Below, piece by piece: positions 24,965 through 35,777 of a stretch of DNA of 64,000 nt; the stretch's first letter is position 1; every line of letters begins with the position of its first letter. Location of the stretch: positions 37,898-101,897 of the IMG/VR virus record IMGVR_UViG_3300046777_002716; one strand, written 5' to 3'. Origin of the DNA: a virus. A program made the position numbers and the translations under genes. Under the pieces are notes generated by a model, which made no database searches, was not told where the DNA came from, and saw nothing but the letters and a program-made list of their open reading frames with translations.

Positions 24965-25555
24965 TTAGTTGATATCTTCACCACCTGCTGATGGAGAATT
25001 ACCTTTAATTGCTTCCCACCAGAGAATTTGGAATTCAACAGTAAATTCCTGAATTGTGCTAGTACCATAATCTAGAGCGATTGAACCAACTGCGGTTGGG
25101 AATACATCATAAAAATGATATGCTCTAAGGGTAGTTCCGTCACGATCCAATTGATAAACAAATGCATCTGCAGTGTATGCAGTAGGATCTGTTACACCTG
25201 TGTTATCAGAAACTCTATTGATCTTGTTCATCCAGTTCTCAAAAGCAGAACGAATGGCAAAATCTGTATCGTTGATAACTGTTACAGTCCAACTTTCAAA
25301 AGATCTATCTCCAGCAACTTTTAAAGTACGACCTCTAAAAGGTACATCAATTGGATTTACCTGAGATGCTGGCAAGTTTGCTCCTTTAACTAAGAATCTT
25401 GCCTTATCGAGAACATTAGAGTCTGCTGGAGCAATATCTGGGAAAGAAAGAACAACTTCAAAAAGGTTACTTCTTGCGCCACCACCTGTTAATTTACTTT
25501 TAAAGTCAGTAATCTTCCTTAGTGGAGGTGGATTTAATTGATTTCTGGTTGCCAT
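24965..25555 (-). CDS. gp19: Tail tube protein gp19
   Basis: GGARSNLFEV, PFRGR..KVAGDR.F..WTVTVIND.DF.IR. Confidence 0.98.
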   Translation of the reverse strand: MATRNQLNPPPLRKITDFKSKLTGGGARSNLFEVVLSFPDIAPADSNVLDKARFLVKGANLPASQVNPIDVPFRGRTLKVAGDRSFESWTVTVINDTDFAIRSAFENWMNKINRVSDNTGVTDPTAYTADAFVYQLDRDGTTLRAYHFYDVFPTAVGSIALDYGTSTIQEFTVEFQILWWEAIKGNSPSAGGEDIN

Positions 25556-25574
25556 AGTTTTTTAAACCTCTAAA

Positions 25575-27725
25575 TTAAAAGTTTCCGATTACTTCTTCAA
25601 AGTCAACACCAGTTTTGGTGGCAATGAAGTTTAGACCAATGAAGTTAATTGATCTTGCTGGTTTGATATAAATGTCAGCAACGAATTCGTTGTTGTCAAT
25701 AACTGCAGCAGTATTATTAGTTTCATCACAAATTACGACATAATCAAAAATACCTCTCTTTGCCTGTACATCACGTAGGAATGGTTCAATAGTATTTACA
25801 AAGTTTGTTCTTGTGATTTCATCATTAAATTCAAAGAGTTGATCTTTTGCTGCTTGTGAAATGGCATTCTCAAGATAAATGAACAGACGACGAACATTGA
25901 TTCTGTCAAATGCAGATGCTTTACCAAGTCCAGTTCTGTCACCAAAGAGAATAATTCCTGCTCCAGGAGAGAAAATTACTGGATTAATTCTATTTGAGTA
26001 CAGTTTATCTCTTTGTGCTTTAGTTGGATTGTATGGTAATTTAATTGCATTGAGGATCGCACCTCTTGATGTGCCCGCAGGTGAATACCAAGCAAAGTTG
26101 TTGATATCATTTCTAGCACATAGTCCAGCAATATCACCATTTAGAGGTACATATCTGAAAGTATTTGAGAATCTGTCATACATGTACTTATAACCACTAT
26201 CAAATACTGCATATGATGAAGATGTGATTGGTGCATAGAAACTCAGAACATTTTCTGTAATGTCTGCTGCAGAATTAATGGTTACTTCAACCTGCGATGC
26301 TGTGTCTGTTATTGCAGCACCTCTATATGGAGAAATAAATGCAACAGCATCCTTTCTCAATTCGGCAACGGAAATTAGTTTATTTGCAAGTGCTTGGGCA
26401 GTTTCTTTTGTATAACCTGCAGAACCCATTAGTAGAAAATCTACTTGGAAATTTTCTGTGCTTTCAAATAGATCATAACCTGCAGAAAGTTTTGCAAGAT
26501 CTACTGTTAAAGACCCAGCAGAATTAATATCAGATTGTCCATTATAATCTTTACCGCCAGATAGTGAACTTGTTAATGCACCACATGCACCAAAAACAAT
26601 ACCATCGGTATCTTGATCCCATCCAATATCAGTATTTAAAGTAAATCCTGAAGAGAATCCAGTAGTTACTATTCCTGCAGGAGCACTACCACCAAAAATT
26701 GTGGAAGAACCACTTTCTAGATATTTTCTCCAATAGGAAGGACTACCAACTGAGAATTCTGCATCTTTACCCTTAGAAAGACTTAAGTGTTTTTCTAAAA
26801 TAGTACCTGCGTTTCCAGTTACCGAACCTAAAGAGTCAATAACTACAATATGCACTTCATCGAATCTAGAATTTCTTGCAGCAGCATACCCTGAAGTTCC
26901 AGGTCTAGGAGCAAGATTATTCCAATTTGTGGTAGAATTTGTGGTAAGTTCGATAGTTTGTTGATCGAACCAGTCTACTTGTGAAGTAATGCTTGTTGTT
27001 GCAACTCCAACACCACTATTGTTTACAATAGAGATGTCGTTGGCAGTAGAAAACGCATAAACACCACTAGGTTGATAATCAACCTCTGTCTCTGTTCCTG
27101 CTGCAGAAACGTGACTTAAAACTTTTACACCAATTGATCCAGAACCAATTTCTGTAATGATACCCTTTAAATATCCATCCAGAAGTGTTGTACTTCCTAC
27201 TCCTGGAAGTACTGAATTAATTGCTTGTGTAACTCCATACCCAAGAACAACATTTGCAGTTGCAATACCGAGAGTTTGATCTACTTTGGCATCAATAATT
27301 GCAACCTTGATTCCATTTGCCCAAGAACCTGGATTTTTTGCTGCGACAACTACATTAGTAATTGTATTCTCGTCGTAACCAAGTTGATTGTAGTGCTCTA
27401 GACTTTTAATTTTTACACTACTTGCAGTACCGACGAAACCATTTCTAAGGGAATCGTCATCTGCTCTTACAACTCTTAGTGATCCACCATAAGCAAGGTA
27501 GGATGATGCAGTTAACCAATGCTCATAGTGCTTGTCTACTGAATATGGTTCTCCGAAAATTTGTAGTAAATCATTTTCGTTCTCTACTAGAGTAGGTACA
27601 TCTACCTGACCCTTAGCAAATGGTGCAACAATTGCACCCACTTTATTGGATGAAGGGGTAGTTCTCCCAATAGTTAAATCAACTTCCCTTACTACAATTC
27701 CAGGAGATGCTAAATTTAGCGGCAT
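25575..27725 (-). CDS. gp18: Tail sheath protein gp18
   Basis: SPG..VREVDLT, SPAG..RG, SAFDRINVRRLF, IYIKPARSINFI. Confidence 0.99.
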   Translation of the reverse strand: MPLNLASPGIVVREVDLTIGRTTPSSNKVGAIVAPFAKGQVDVPTLVENENDLLQIFGEPYSVDKHYEHWLTASSYLAYGGSLRVVRADDDSLRNGFVGTASSVKIKSLEHYNQLGYDENTITNVVVAAKNPGSWANGIKVAIIDAKVDQTLGIATANVVLGYGVTQAINSVLPGVGSTTLLDGYLKGIITEIGSGSIGVKVLSHVSAAGTETEVDYQPSGVYAFSTANDISIVNNSGVGVATTSITSQVDWFDQQTIELTTNSTTNWNNLAPRPGTSGYAAARNSRFDEVHIVVIDSLGSVTGNAGTILEKHLSLSKGKDAEFSVGSPSYWRKYLESGSSTIFGGSAPAGIVTTGFSSGFTLNTDIGWDQDTDGIVFGACGALTSSLSGGKDYNGQSDINSAGSLTVDLAKLSAGYDLFESTENFQVDFLLMGSAGYTKETAQALANKLISVAELRKDAVAFISPYRGAAITDTASQVEVTINSAADITENVLSFYAPITSSSYAVFDSGYKYMYDRFSNTFRYVPLNGDIAGLCARNDINNFAWYSPAGTSRGAILNAIKLPYNPTKAQRDKLYSNRINPVIFSPGAGIILFGDRTGLGKASAFDRINVRRLFIYLENAISQAAKDQLFEFNDEITRTNFVNTIEPFLRDVQAKRGIFDYVVICDETNNTAAVIDNNEFVADIYIKPARSINFIGLNFIATKTGVDFEEVIGNF

Positions 27726-27761
27726 TTTTTATTCTCCGTTCTATCCAGAATTATCTAAAAG

Positions 27762-27769
27762 TATTTATA
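27762..27769 (-). promoter_or_regulatory. T4-type late promoter
   Basis: TATAAATA upstream of gp18. Confidence 0.8.
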
Positions 27770-27791
27770 AATTCCTTTGGTTTAGTTCTGC

Positions 27792-29516
27792 TTATCTATA
27801 ATCCCACATATATGAACGATCACCATATTCATCCAGATTCCATACTTCCATTGCTTGACCTTCATTTTGAGAGTTAGCAATTAACCACCTATCACCAGTT
27901 TCTTTTTCTACAACAAATATTTCTTCATCTAAACCATCTACAATAAAACCAAATGGGGACATATCCTGTTCAATCTGATTTTTTTGTTCTTCATAAATTC
28001 TTTTACGAACATCATTGTTCGTCATTTCTTTAAAATAATCTTGTGCAACTAACCATGCAAAAATAACAAGACACATTGCTAGGTCATCATTACAACCTTC
28101 TTCTGCAGCAAATGAATTATGTTTTTGGATAAAAGTAGTTAACTCTGCAATTATGTCATAATCATTTATCAGCAATTTATCATCTTCTATCAATAATTTT
28201 AAATTAGAACAACCTAATTTTTTAACAGCAGCAGTCATCCTTACACCCATCTGCGACTTCTTACCACTAAATCCAGATCCCACAATTTGTCCAGCTCTAC
28301 CTCTCATAGAACACATGAGCATGTTGTCATACTCCAAGTCAAAATGTAAAATATTGGCAACTTGATCCCCAATATCATTAACTTCAGCAAGTATCCAAGC
28401 ATTATTATATGCCTTAGCAACTTTTTCAATTACACTTGGAAATAACATTGGTTTAATTTCATTATTTTTATATTTTGCAACAACTTTGTATGGAAAATTT
28501 GTAATATCAAATACTATAAATGCCGAATAATCGTTTCCAATTCCTCTAGCAACGTCAACTGTTATTAGATAATTATTTTCTTCTTTTGGATTTTCATAAA
28601 CATCTAAACCTTTATCACCTCTCTTAATCGGATCATCATAAACCAGTATTTTTAATTTACTTGGATTAATCAGTGTTCCTACAGAACCAAGGAATTCGCA
28701 AAGGTGCTCTGCTCTAAATTGTTCTTCACTTGTGTTGGCAATAGTCTGCTCCTTCCATGCCTCATCTCTTCCAGGTACTTCACTCCAATGAACTTCCGTG
28801 GCAACGAATGAATTTTTCCCTCTCTCAGCATCATGCCACATTCTATAGAAGTGATTCATACCCTTGGGGGTTGAAACTATAATAACCTTTGTAGACTTAC
28901 CAGATGAAATTGTAGGATAAACAGAAGCAAAGAAGTCATCTGCAATATGGTTTGGAACGAAAGCAAATTCGTCCAAGAAGATAATATTGAATGACATACC
29001 TCGAACAGCAGATGCTGAAGTGGATGCTGCAATAATTTTAGAACCATTTTCCAATTCTAATGATCCTTTGTTCCAAGATACAATTCCTTGTTGCATCCAT
29101 TTTGGCAAATTCTCATATGATAATTGTAATCTACTCAAGATTTCTCTAGATGTCGATGCTTTGTTTGCAAGGATACCAATATTCACATTATCATTAAATA
29201 CCACATAATGTAATAGGTAAGAGACTACAGTAGTTGTCTTTCCTACCTGTCTAGGCATTTTGCAGATATTGAATCTGTTCTTATGGAAATTTGTTACCAA
29301 CCTTTCCTGAAAAGGCCACATTTCAAAACCAACGAGACCATCATCAACGTTAACAATTTTGATATAGTTTTTTGCAAAGTAAACCGGATCTTCTTTACAC
29401 TTTAAGAATTCAAGAATCTGTGCCTCAGTCCATTGAATTGTTGTGTTTGCCCTTTTTAAATTAGGGTTAGAAAGATATGCATCTCCAGCCTTTAATCTAA
29501 TATCTTCAATAGTCAT
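27792..29516 (-). CDS. gp17: Terminase large subunit gp17
   Basis: PRQVGKTT, IFLDEFAF, STPKG.NHFY, DVARG..DYSA, DDLAM. Confidence 0.99.
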   Translation of the reverse strand: MTIEDIRLKAGDAYLSNPNLKRANTTIQWTEAQILEFLKCKEDPVYFAKNYIKIVNVDDGLVGFEMWPFQERLVTNFHKNRFNICKMPRQVGKTTTVVSYLLHYVVFNDNVNIGILANKASTSREILSRLQLSYENLPKWMQQGIVSWNKGSLELENGSKIIAASTSASAVRGMSFNIIFLDEFAFVPNHIADDFFASVYPTISSGKSTKVIIVSTPKGMNHFYRMWHDAERGKNSFVATEVHWSEVPGRDEAWKEQTIANTSEEQFRAEHLCEFLGSVGTLINPSKLKILVYDDPIKRGDKGLDVYENPKEENNYLITVDVARGIGNDYSAFIVFDITNFPYKVVAKYKNNEIKPMLFPSVIEKVAKAYNNAWILAEVNDIGDQVANILHFDLEYDNMLMCSMRGRAGQIVGSGFSGKKSQMGVRMTAAVKKLGCSNLKLLIEDDKLLINDYDIIAELTTFIQKHNSFAAEEGCNDDLAMCLVIFAWLVAQDYFKEMTNNDVRKRIYEEQKNQIEQDMSPFGFIVDGLDEEIFVVEKETGDRWLIANSQNEGQAMEVWNLDEYGDRSYMWDYR

Positions 29517-29519
29517 AAA

Positions 29520-30770
29520 TTAATAAATCTCTCTCCACCTCATAGAAACACCAACGTTAGTTAGATCCGTTCCAATATTACTTACACGAACTGAAAAAAT
29601 TTCAGAATTTGTTGAATCATAATTTTGTGCTAAGAAATTCTTTCTTGATGTAGGTCCATTTACAGATGCAGATGATGTTGCTGCTGGTTTTTGTAAATTC
29701 TGACTATCGCCTGCTGCATAACCACCCATAAAGTCTTCATAAACTGCAGTAGTAATTCCAGTAGCAGACTGATTATATTCTACTACTGATTCATCATTCT
29801 CAGAAATCCATTCTCCAGTCGCACTAAATCCCTCAAAGTTTCTGATCTTTACAACCTCATATTTTACATTAGAACCAACGCTGAATACCTGAACGTCTTC
29901 AAGTCTAATAATTGCTCTATTTGGATATCCTTTGAAAGAGTTTTTGAGTCTGATTGCAATAATTGGAACAGTTGAACCAACACCAACTGTTCTAAGTGAT
30001 GTTGTGTGAGAAAATTCTTTTCCTACCTCAGAGTACCCACCTTCGCTGATAACACTTGCACAAATGTGAGCAAATGATCCGCCCGCACCAACTTGTGCTC
30101 CAGTATTTCTAACCTCTGCTCTCACTGGAAGATTTGGATTAGACATATAGACGGTTTCAAGATGATTTGAATTGTAGAATTCGTGTGCTACAATATTCTT
30201 CCCATCCATACTAAAACCACAACGAACTCTACCAACTCCTAACCATTCAAAGTCAGTAAAAACTAGTTGAGTTTTTGTAATATCGAGATTAAATCCAGAT
30301 ACACCACTACCATCTAATTTATCTTTATTCCATTGAGATTGTGGAACTCTTCTTTCTGATGCACCGACTCCAGTTTGTGATCTAATAACAAAGTTTAAAG
30401 TTCCATTTGATTCTTGTTCTAAGTAAATACCATTATTATCATTAAAATAACCAACTCTCTTGATTACATTTTGTTGTGCTGATCCAAAGTTGAAAGAATT
30501 AAAAATCAACTGTGATTTTCCAGGCATATAATGATGATATCTCTTAGACTGATGGATTGTATATCCATTAGTGCTAATACCAGACTGAAGAATTGCTGAT
30601 GCTTTATTTCTATCAAATGAAACAGTAGCACCAGTTCCAACCTTTACGTCAATAAAGTCTGGGTCAATAGAATATCGATGTTTATAATCACCCAGAGTAT
30701 ATGGGTCAGATGTTCTTAGGCGACCAAAAGCATCATCTGCCGGTCTAAATGGTTCATACAGATGTGACAT
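29520..30770 (-). CDS. Probable virion structural protein (beta-sandwich rich)
   Basis: 416 aa, DAFGRLR N-terminus, WLGVGRVRCGF; between gp16 and gp17. Confidence 0.7.
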   Translation of the reverse strand: MSHLYEPFRPADDAFGRLRTSDPYTLGDYKHRYSIDPDFIDVKVGTGATVSFDRNKASAILQSGISTNGYTIHQSKRYHHYMPGKSQLIFNSFNFGSAQQNVIKRVGYFNDNNGIYLEQESNGTLNFVIRSQTGVGASERRVPQSQWNKDKLDGSGVSGFNLDITKTQLVFTDFEWLGVGRVRCGFSMDGKNIVAHEFYNSNHLETVYMSNPNLPVRAEVRNTGAQVGAGGSFAHICASVISEGGYSEVGKEFSHTTSLRTVGVGSTVPIIAIRLKNSFKGYPNRAIIRLEDVQVFSVGSNVKYEVVKIRNFEGFSATGEWISENDESVVEYNQSATGITTAVYEDFMGGYAAGDSQNLQKPAATSSASVNGPTSRKNFLAQNYDSTNSEIFSVRVSNIGTDLTNVGVSMRWREIY

Positions 30771-30771
30771 T

Positions 30772-31575
30772 TTATATTACTCTCCAGGAATTACCTTTCC
30801 AAATAAGTGTAAGTGATCCATAATCATAAGCAATAATTGCTCTATCTCTACCATCTATTAGGTCTGTTGCTGACGGTAGTATCGTAATATATCTATTAGT
30901 TCCTTTTGATGCTTCTCCCAACTCGTCCTTAACAACAAAAATTTTTCCTTCTCTATCTGCTCTTGGTAGAGTAATAGTGACTGCACCTGCATAGTTTACA
31001 CCGATGTAGTAGTCTTGATGTTTTATGGTGTATGTTGATGTAGTCACGGATGTTATTGGAACATCCATATAAGTGAGATTTGTCTCACCACCTCCACCTA
31101 AGGTGGAGAGTTGTTGTTGAATACGATTTAAAAATAATTTATAATGTTTTTGGAGATCCTCAAGAGTTGCAAAATTTTGATCCAATGGAGTTAGTGGATC
31201 TTTTGTTTTTTCTTGTGATGAATTATTTAGAAGACCTTCACTAACCAATTTTTCTTCTTTTACTGGTTTAGTTTCTACTTTTGCAAGACGATCATAATAA
31301 TCTGGAAGTTCATCTAAATGTTGAGATGCAATTACAGATGCTATTTCCTCATCTTTTGTATGTTCCTTTTCAACCTTTATCCCTTTTTTCAGTTGATTTT
31401 TAATTTTAGAAACAGGAACATCGTGCTTTTTAGCAATCTGCTCTGGAGTTTTAAAGGGTTTTAGTTGTTCAATAAAAAGTTTTTCAAAAGAGTCTCCAAT
31501 AAGAGAATCAATTTCATCTTTTTTCTTTTTTTTCTCTTGTGCAACTAATTTAAAAAGATCTGATAATTCAGTCAT
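30772..31575 (-). CDS. Hypothetical virion protein with a DUF5661-like module
   Basis: QLKKGIKVEKEHT..A..IA..HL.E.PDYY..L module; LGGGG linker; C-terminal beta domain. Confidence 0.65.
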   Translation of the reverse strand: MTELSDLFKLVAQEKKKKKDEIDSLIGDSFEKLFIEQLKPFKTPEQIAKKHDVPVSKIKNQLKKGIKVEKEHTKDEEIASVIASQHLDELPDYYDRLAKVETKPVKEEKLVSEGLLNNSSQEKTKDPLTPLDQNFATLEDLQKHYKLFLNRIQQQLSTLGGGGETNLTYMDVPITSVTTSTYTIKHQDYYIGVNYAGAVTITLPRADREGKIFVVKDELGEASKGTNRYITILPSATDLIDGRDRAIIAYDYGSLTLIWKGNSWRVI

Positions 31576-31607
31576 TAGATATTCCTCATATTACCACTTT
31601 ACTATTA

Positions 31608-33140
31608 TCACCACTTGACTCTATTAGACCAATAAGCCGCTGACATTTTGCCCTTTGAAATATTCTTAGCATGTCTTGCCTTGAATCTTTCACGGCGACT
31701 TGCATACTCTTTTGATTCTCCTTCTTTCTTCGGTGATCCTTTTACACCTCTCTGACCAAAACGAATAATTTTTTCTTTTCCGTTTTCACATGCTTTTACT
31801 ACATGAGACTTACCCGTGAGTGAATCACCCACGGGATCAGACTTTGGGGAGTTGCACTTCATCTTTGATTTATCAATAGATTCCATAAATTCCATAAATG
31901 TTTTGCCGCATGGTTCATAAGAATCTGCAGTTCTAACCATAGAACTTGGACTAGACTTTACTGGAGGAAGATCAACACCAACAAGTTTTTTAACCATCTG
32001 TGATGGTAGTTGTGATCTTTGGGATGGACTCATTTTATGTAGTTTTTCCTGAGCAGAAGTTAGTTTTTTGCCACCTACAGTAAAACTAACTTCTTCCTCA
32101 ACTTTATGTTCCCCACTATCAATATAGTCTGCGGCACTATCCAAATAATCTGCCGCTTTAGTAATTTTTGATTGTACCCATGCTTCTATATTACCTTCAC
32201 CTTTCATTTTATTGCGAAGTCTTTTCGCTGCAGAAATAATTGTGGAAAGTTCTGATCTTGCCATAGAATATTCATGATCATTAGATTCTGTAAAATTACC
32301 AGGATGTGGACTATTAGCGTGGTAATGTGGGTTTGACATTGCAACACCAGATAATTTTGAAGGTAATGAGAACATATCCCAATATTTTGGACCATACTTG
32401 CACTCAGATCTTTTCTCATCTTTAGCACACTTTGGGCAATATCTAACCATTTCCATGGATTCGGATTGAGTACCCCAATTTTTTGCACCAACTTTACGAC
32501 ACTTTACTAATGCACCAGAAGCATAAGCACTTGGCCAAACATCATATCTGGATTTTACTTTGTGGTAGCAAGCATCTTTTTTACCACTACCTTTTCCTGG
32601 GGTATCTTTTTTTGCCTCGTTTAGTTCCATTGCTTCTTTAATTCCGGGTTCTGCTTTTATGTAGTTTGGGTCTTTTTTTCCTTTTGCAAAAGTAGGTACC
32701 ATAGTTGGTTTTTCACCACTACTTTTAGATTGTTGATTCTTGTCTTTCTGTCTTTTTCTACGAACGGCAGATCTAATCAACGCATCACCTTTTTCACCCT
32801 TTCTTTTTAATGCCGATAATCTCCCACTACTAAAACATTTTGGTGTTTTAGTTTCACCTGGTTCGTTTGCACATGGAGATCCATCTGCTTGAACCCATCC
32901 AGGTTTTCCATCCTTTGAACGAGAACCTTTAAACCAATGGTGTAAGGTACCTTCTTTCAAATCTTTAATCCAGGTATCTGGTGTTTTATTATGTTTAGAA
33001 ACAAAATTATTATGTAATTCCTTAGCAGTTACATCATACTTTTTCATAATATTTCTCATGAGTCTATCAATAGAATCATAAGAAATATCATCTAGTTTTT
33101 TTAGACGGTCTTCAAGTTCTGTAACTGAATTTTTTTTCAA
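31608..33140 (-). CDS. Modular basic late protein, probable internal head (poly)protein
   Basis: Several short modules (KDACYHKVKSRY..WPSAYASG; EAWVQSKITKA.DY; RFKARH..SAAYWS..KW); internal KTFMEFMES. Confidence 0.7.
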   Translation of the reverse strand: MKKNSVTELEDRLKKLDDISYDSIDRLMRNIMKKYDVTAKELHNNFVSKHNKTPDTWIKDLKEGTLHHWFKGSRSKDGKPGWVQADGSPCANEPGETKTPKCFSSGRLSALKRKGEKGDALIRSAVRRKRQKDKNQQSKSSGEKPTMVPTFAKGKKDPNYIKAEPGIKEAMELNEAKKDTPGKGSGKKDACYHKVKSRYDVWPSAYASGALVKCRKVGAKNWGTQSESMEMVRYCPKCAKDEKRSECKYGPKYWDMFSLPSKLSGVAMSNPHYHANSPHPGNFTESNDHEYSMARSELSTIISAAKRLRNKMKGEGNIEAWVQSKITKAADYLDSAADYIDSGEHKVEEEVSFTVGGKKLTSAQEKLHKMSPSQRSQLPSQMVKKLVGVDLPPVKSSPSSMVRTADSYEPCGKTFMEFMESIDKSKMKCNSPKSDPVGDSLTGKSHVVKACENGKEKIIRFGQRGVKGSPKKEGESKEYASRRERFKARHAKNISKGKMSAAYWSNRVKW

Positions 33141-33160
33141 TTTTTTTACCCAATAAAGAC

Positions 33161-33577
33161 TTAATCTTTATTATTTAGAAAACCTTGCTTTAGAAGTTTT
33201 GATAATTCTGAAGTTGAACCAACAAAAACTGCATTATTGGTAACATTGTTGGTAGTTTTTGTAGACTCGTCTTCAATATCTTTGACTTTTTTCTGTAGAT
33301 CAATTAATTTATCTGTTGTATCCGCAACACTTTTAATCAGTTGTCCAGCTACTTCATATGCTCTAGGAGAATCACTTTCTCCAGCAAGTTCCATTATTCC
33401 ATTAATTGCCTCTTGACCCTTTTCGATTAGTGAATATAAATTTGCTCTTGTATATTCATAATCTTTTTTTATATCTTGTGTTATTGTACTAAGAACTTCG
33501 ACATCAGTCTTAGTAGATTTAACATCAACTATTTGAGAATCCATGTTGTTATCAATATTATCTAAATTGGTATTCAT
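33161..33577 (-). CDS. gp16: Terminase small subunit gp16
   Basis: DYEYTRANLY, SDSPRAYEVAGQLIK, FVGSTSEL. Confidence 0.97.
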   Translation of the reverse strand: MNTNLDNIDNNMDSQIVDVKSTKTDVEVLSTITQDIKKDYEYTRANLYSLIEKGQEAINGIMELAGESDSPRAYEVAGQLIKSVADTTDKLIDLQKKVKDIEDESTKTTNNVTNNAVFVGSTSELSKLLKQGFLNNKD

Positions 33578-33586
33578 AATTAATTA

Positions 33587-34384
33587 TCAAATATCTTTTT
33601 GTTGAGTAGGACTGTATTCTTTTCCATCAAAGAACATTTCTATACTTTCATTGAATCCATAGTTATCATCTGGATTAGCATCAATTGGATCTGGTGTAAC
33701 TGTATACCTCATTTCTCTTTTTGCATTTCTGGTATCAGTTCCACTATAATAATCAACCTGTACTTTACGAATAAGACCATCACTAGAATCAGAAATTGGT
33801 CCAAATAGAGATATCTTTGCAGTAAAATTAAAAGTATAAATTAAAATTCTTCTAGTTGAGAAATCTCCTTCATAATCATCAGTAAAAGTAACGCTATCTA
33901 AAACAATTGGTATATCTCTTTTTTCTCCAATAGAATCAATCAAATCAATAGTCATATTGAAGGATGGTTGGAAATATGGCAATACTTGTTCAACAACTTG
34001 TAAGGCATCATCTTGCAACTTGCACATTAAATTCAATTGAAAACCAATATTGTACGGTACTGGTAAGAAAACTTTCTTTATATTATCTGGACTACAAGCC
34101 TTAAATGTTTGAGTAACCCCAGATTTTCTAGTTGCATCATATTGAATAGATGTCATTTCAAATGACATTCTAGGCAATGTCATTGCTATTGGTTTATTTA
34201 ATTCTGGTTGTTGCTCAATTCTTGCAAGAAACTTTTGCATAGGACCATATGCAAGAGGAACTTTCATTTCACTGATACTATCTCCATCAGAGTCTTTATG
34301 CCTAATGTAGATATTATTGAACAGTGTTCCGAAAGAAATAACTGTTTTTCTAATAATTTGGTGATAATAGTAAGTTCCTAGCAT
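33587..34384 (-). CDS. gp15: Tail sheath stabilizer gp15
   Basis: FGTLFNNI, VPLAYGP..KFL, LPRMSFE, EQVLPYFQP, DDYEGDF. Confidence 0.97.
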   Translation of the reverse strand: MLGTYYYHQIIRKTVISFGTLFNNIYIRHKDSDGDSISEMKVPLAYGPMQKFLARIEQQPELNKPIAMTLPRMSFEMTSIQYDATRKSGVTQTFKACSPDNIKKVFLPVPYNIGFQLNLMCKLQDDALQVVEQVLPYFQPSFNMTIDLIDSIGEKRDIPIVLDSVTFTDDYEGDFSTRRILIYTFNFTAKISLFGPISDSSDGLIRKVQVDYYSGTDTRNAKREMRYTVTPDPIDANPDDNYGFNESIEMFFDGKEYSPTQQKDI

Positions 34385-35775
34385 TAAAATGTACCAAATG
34401 GATTTGATTCTGAAAAGTCAACAATTCCTTCTGCTTCTTCTTCAAGTTGTATATTTTCACTGTATTTATCATAAAGATCCCAATTATCATAAGATTTAAC
34501 AGAATAATATGCACTAGAAGAAGAACCAACAATAATTTCTCCAGGGTAAAACCCCTTTGTTGCTGCATTATCAACAAAAGAGACTTTCAATGTCTTTGTA
34601 TCAAAGTCCCAAGATTTCACTCTTCCAGTTGTTCCGGATACAGATCCAGTTACAATTTCATTAAACATATATGTACCAAATCCAACTAAAACAGGTGGAT
34701 TTTCTATTACAATTGATGGAGAAACTGTATATCCTGCGCCAGGATTAGTAATTTTGAATGATGCAATAGTCTGTGAGGTACCGACTACAGCAACTGCAGT
34801 TGCAGTTTCCCCAATTCCAATATTACCATTAATAGATACAACAGGTGAATTTACATACCCACCTCCACCACTAGTAATATTAATTTCTGAAACACCATAT
34901 AAATTAGTTTCAATTGAGCATGTTGCTGCAGCTCCAGATCCTCCACCACCGATAATATCAATAGTTGGTGCAACCGTATAACCTGCTCCAGCATTTGTTA
35001 ATGCTATAGATTGAATTGAATATACTCCAGACTTTTCGGTTGTTATTGCGACCGCAGATGCATTGATACCACCAAAAGGTGCTGAACTAATTGCCACTAC
35101 AGGTACTGAAGTATAACCATAACCATCATTATTGAGGAATATTTTTCTAATATAACCAGTACTGATGCTTGCATTTGCAGTAGCAACTGAACCAGAACCA
35201 ATAAGACTAATAGTTGTTATATAACCTTGATCTTCTATCTGTGTATCAATTTCTTCAATTGTAGTTTCAATAACTTCATCCTCATATTCAAATAGTTCAC
35301 ACTTTAATTCATAGACATATAATTTTCCCAATTGATAAAATGGTTGTTCATGTTCAACAAATTTTACTTCAAATAATCTTTGTCCTAGAGGAAAATAAAC
35401 TAAATCACCCTCTCTCGGTCTAGAAGAAACCTCAATCTCATTAATATTTGATGCATTATTAAATGGTGCAATAAAATCCTCAAATCTTTCTTTTGATATA
35501 ATTAAACTAACCTCATCTTTTAAACTCATCCCAAATTTCGTAAGAATATCTCCAGAACCAGTATATCCATCATAATTGTTTACATATGCTTCGATCGCAT
35601 AATTATCATCAAATTTTGATGATGATATTTCCTTAAGAATAGTTTCTTTTCGTACAAACTTTCTAGGAATGTAGATAACTTCTACACCATAGATTCTTAA
35701 TTGCTCATTAATTAGTTCTTGAACAAGTCTTTGTTCGTTTGGAGAACCTTGTAGAAAAAAAGGATTAAGTGCCAT
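34384..35775 (-). CDS. gp14: Neck protein gp14 with an internal Gly-rich repeat insertion
   Basis: RPREGDLVYFP, EHEQPFYQLG, C-terminal DFSESNPFG; G.GY..P.V.I repeats. Confidence 0.95.
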   Translation of the reverse strand: MALNPFFLQGSPNEQRLVQELINEQLRIYGVEVIYIPRKFVRKETILKEISSSKFDDNYAIEAYVNNYDGYTGSGDILTKFGMSLKDEVSLIISKERFEDFIAPFNNASNINEIEVSSRPREGDLVYFPLGQRLFEVKFVEHEQPFYQLGKLYVYELKCELFEYEDEVIETTIEEIDTQIEDQGYITTISLIGSGSVATANASISTGYIRKIFLNNDGYGYTSVPVVAISSAPFGGINASAVAITTEKSGVYSIQSIALTNAGAGYTVAPTIDIIGGGGSGAAATCSIETNLYGVSEINITSGGGGYVNSPVVSINGNIGIGETATAVAVVGTSQTIASFKITNPGAGYTVSPSIVIENPPVLVGFGTYMFNEIVTGSVSGTTGRVKSWDFDTKTLKVSFVDNAATKGFYPGEIIVGSSSSAYYSVKSYDNWDLYDKYSENIQLEEEAEGIVDFSESNPFGTF

Positions 35776-35777
35776 TA

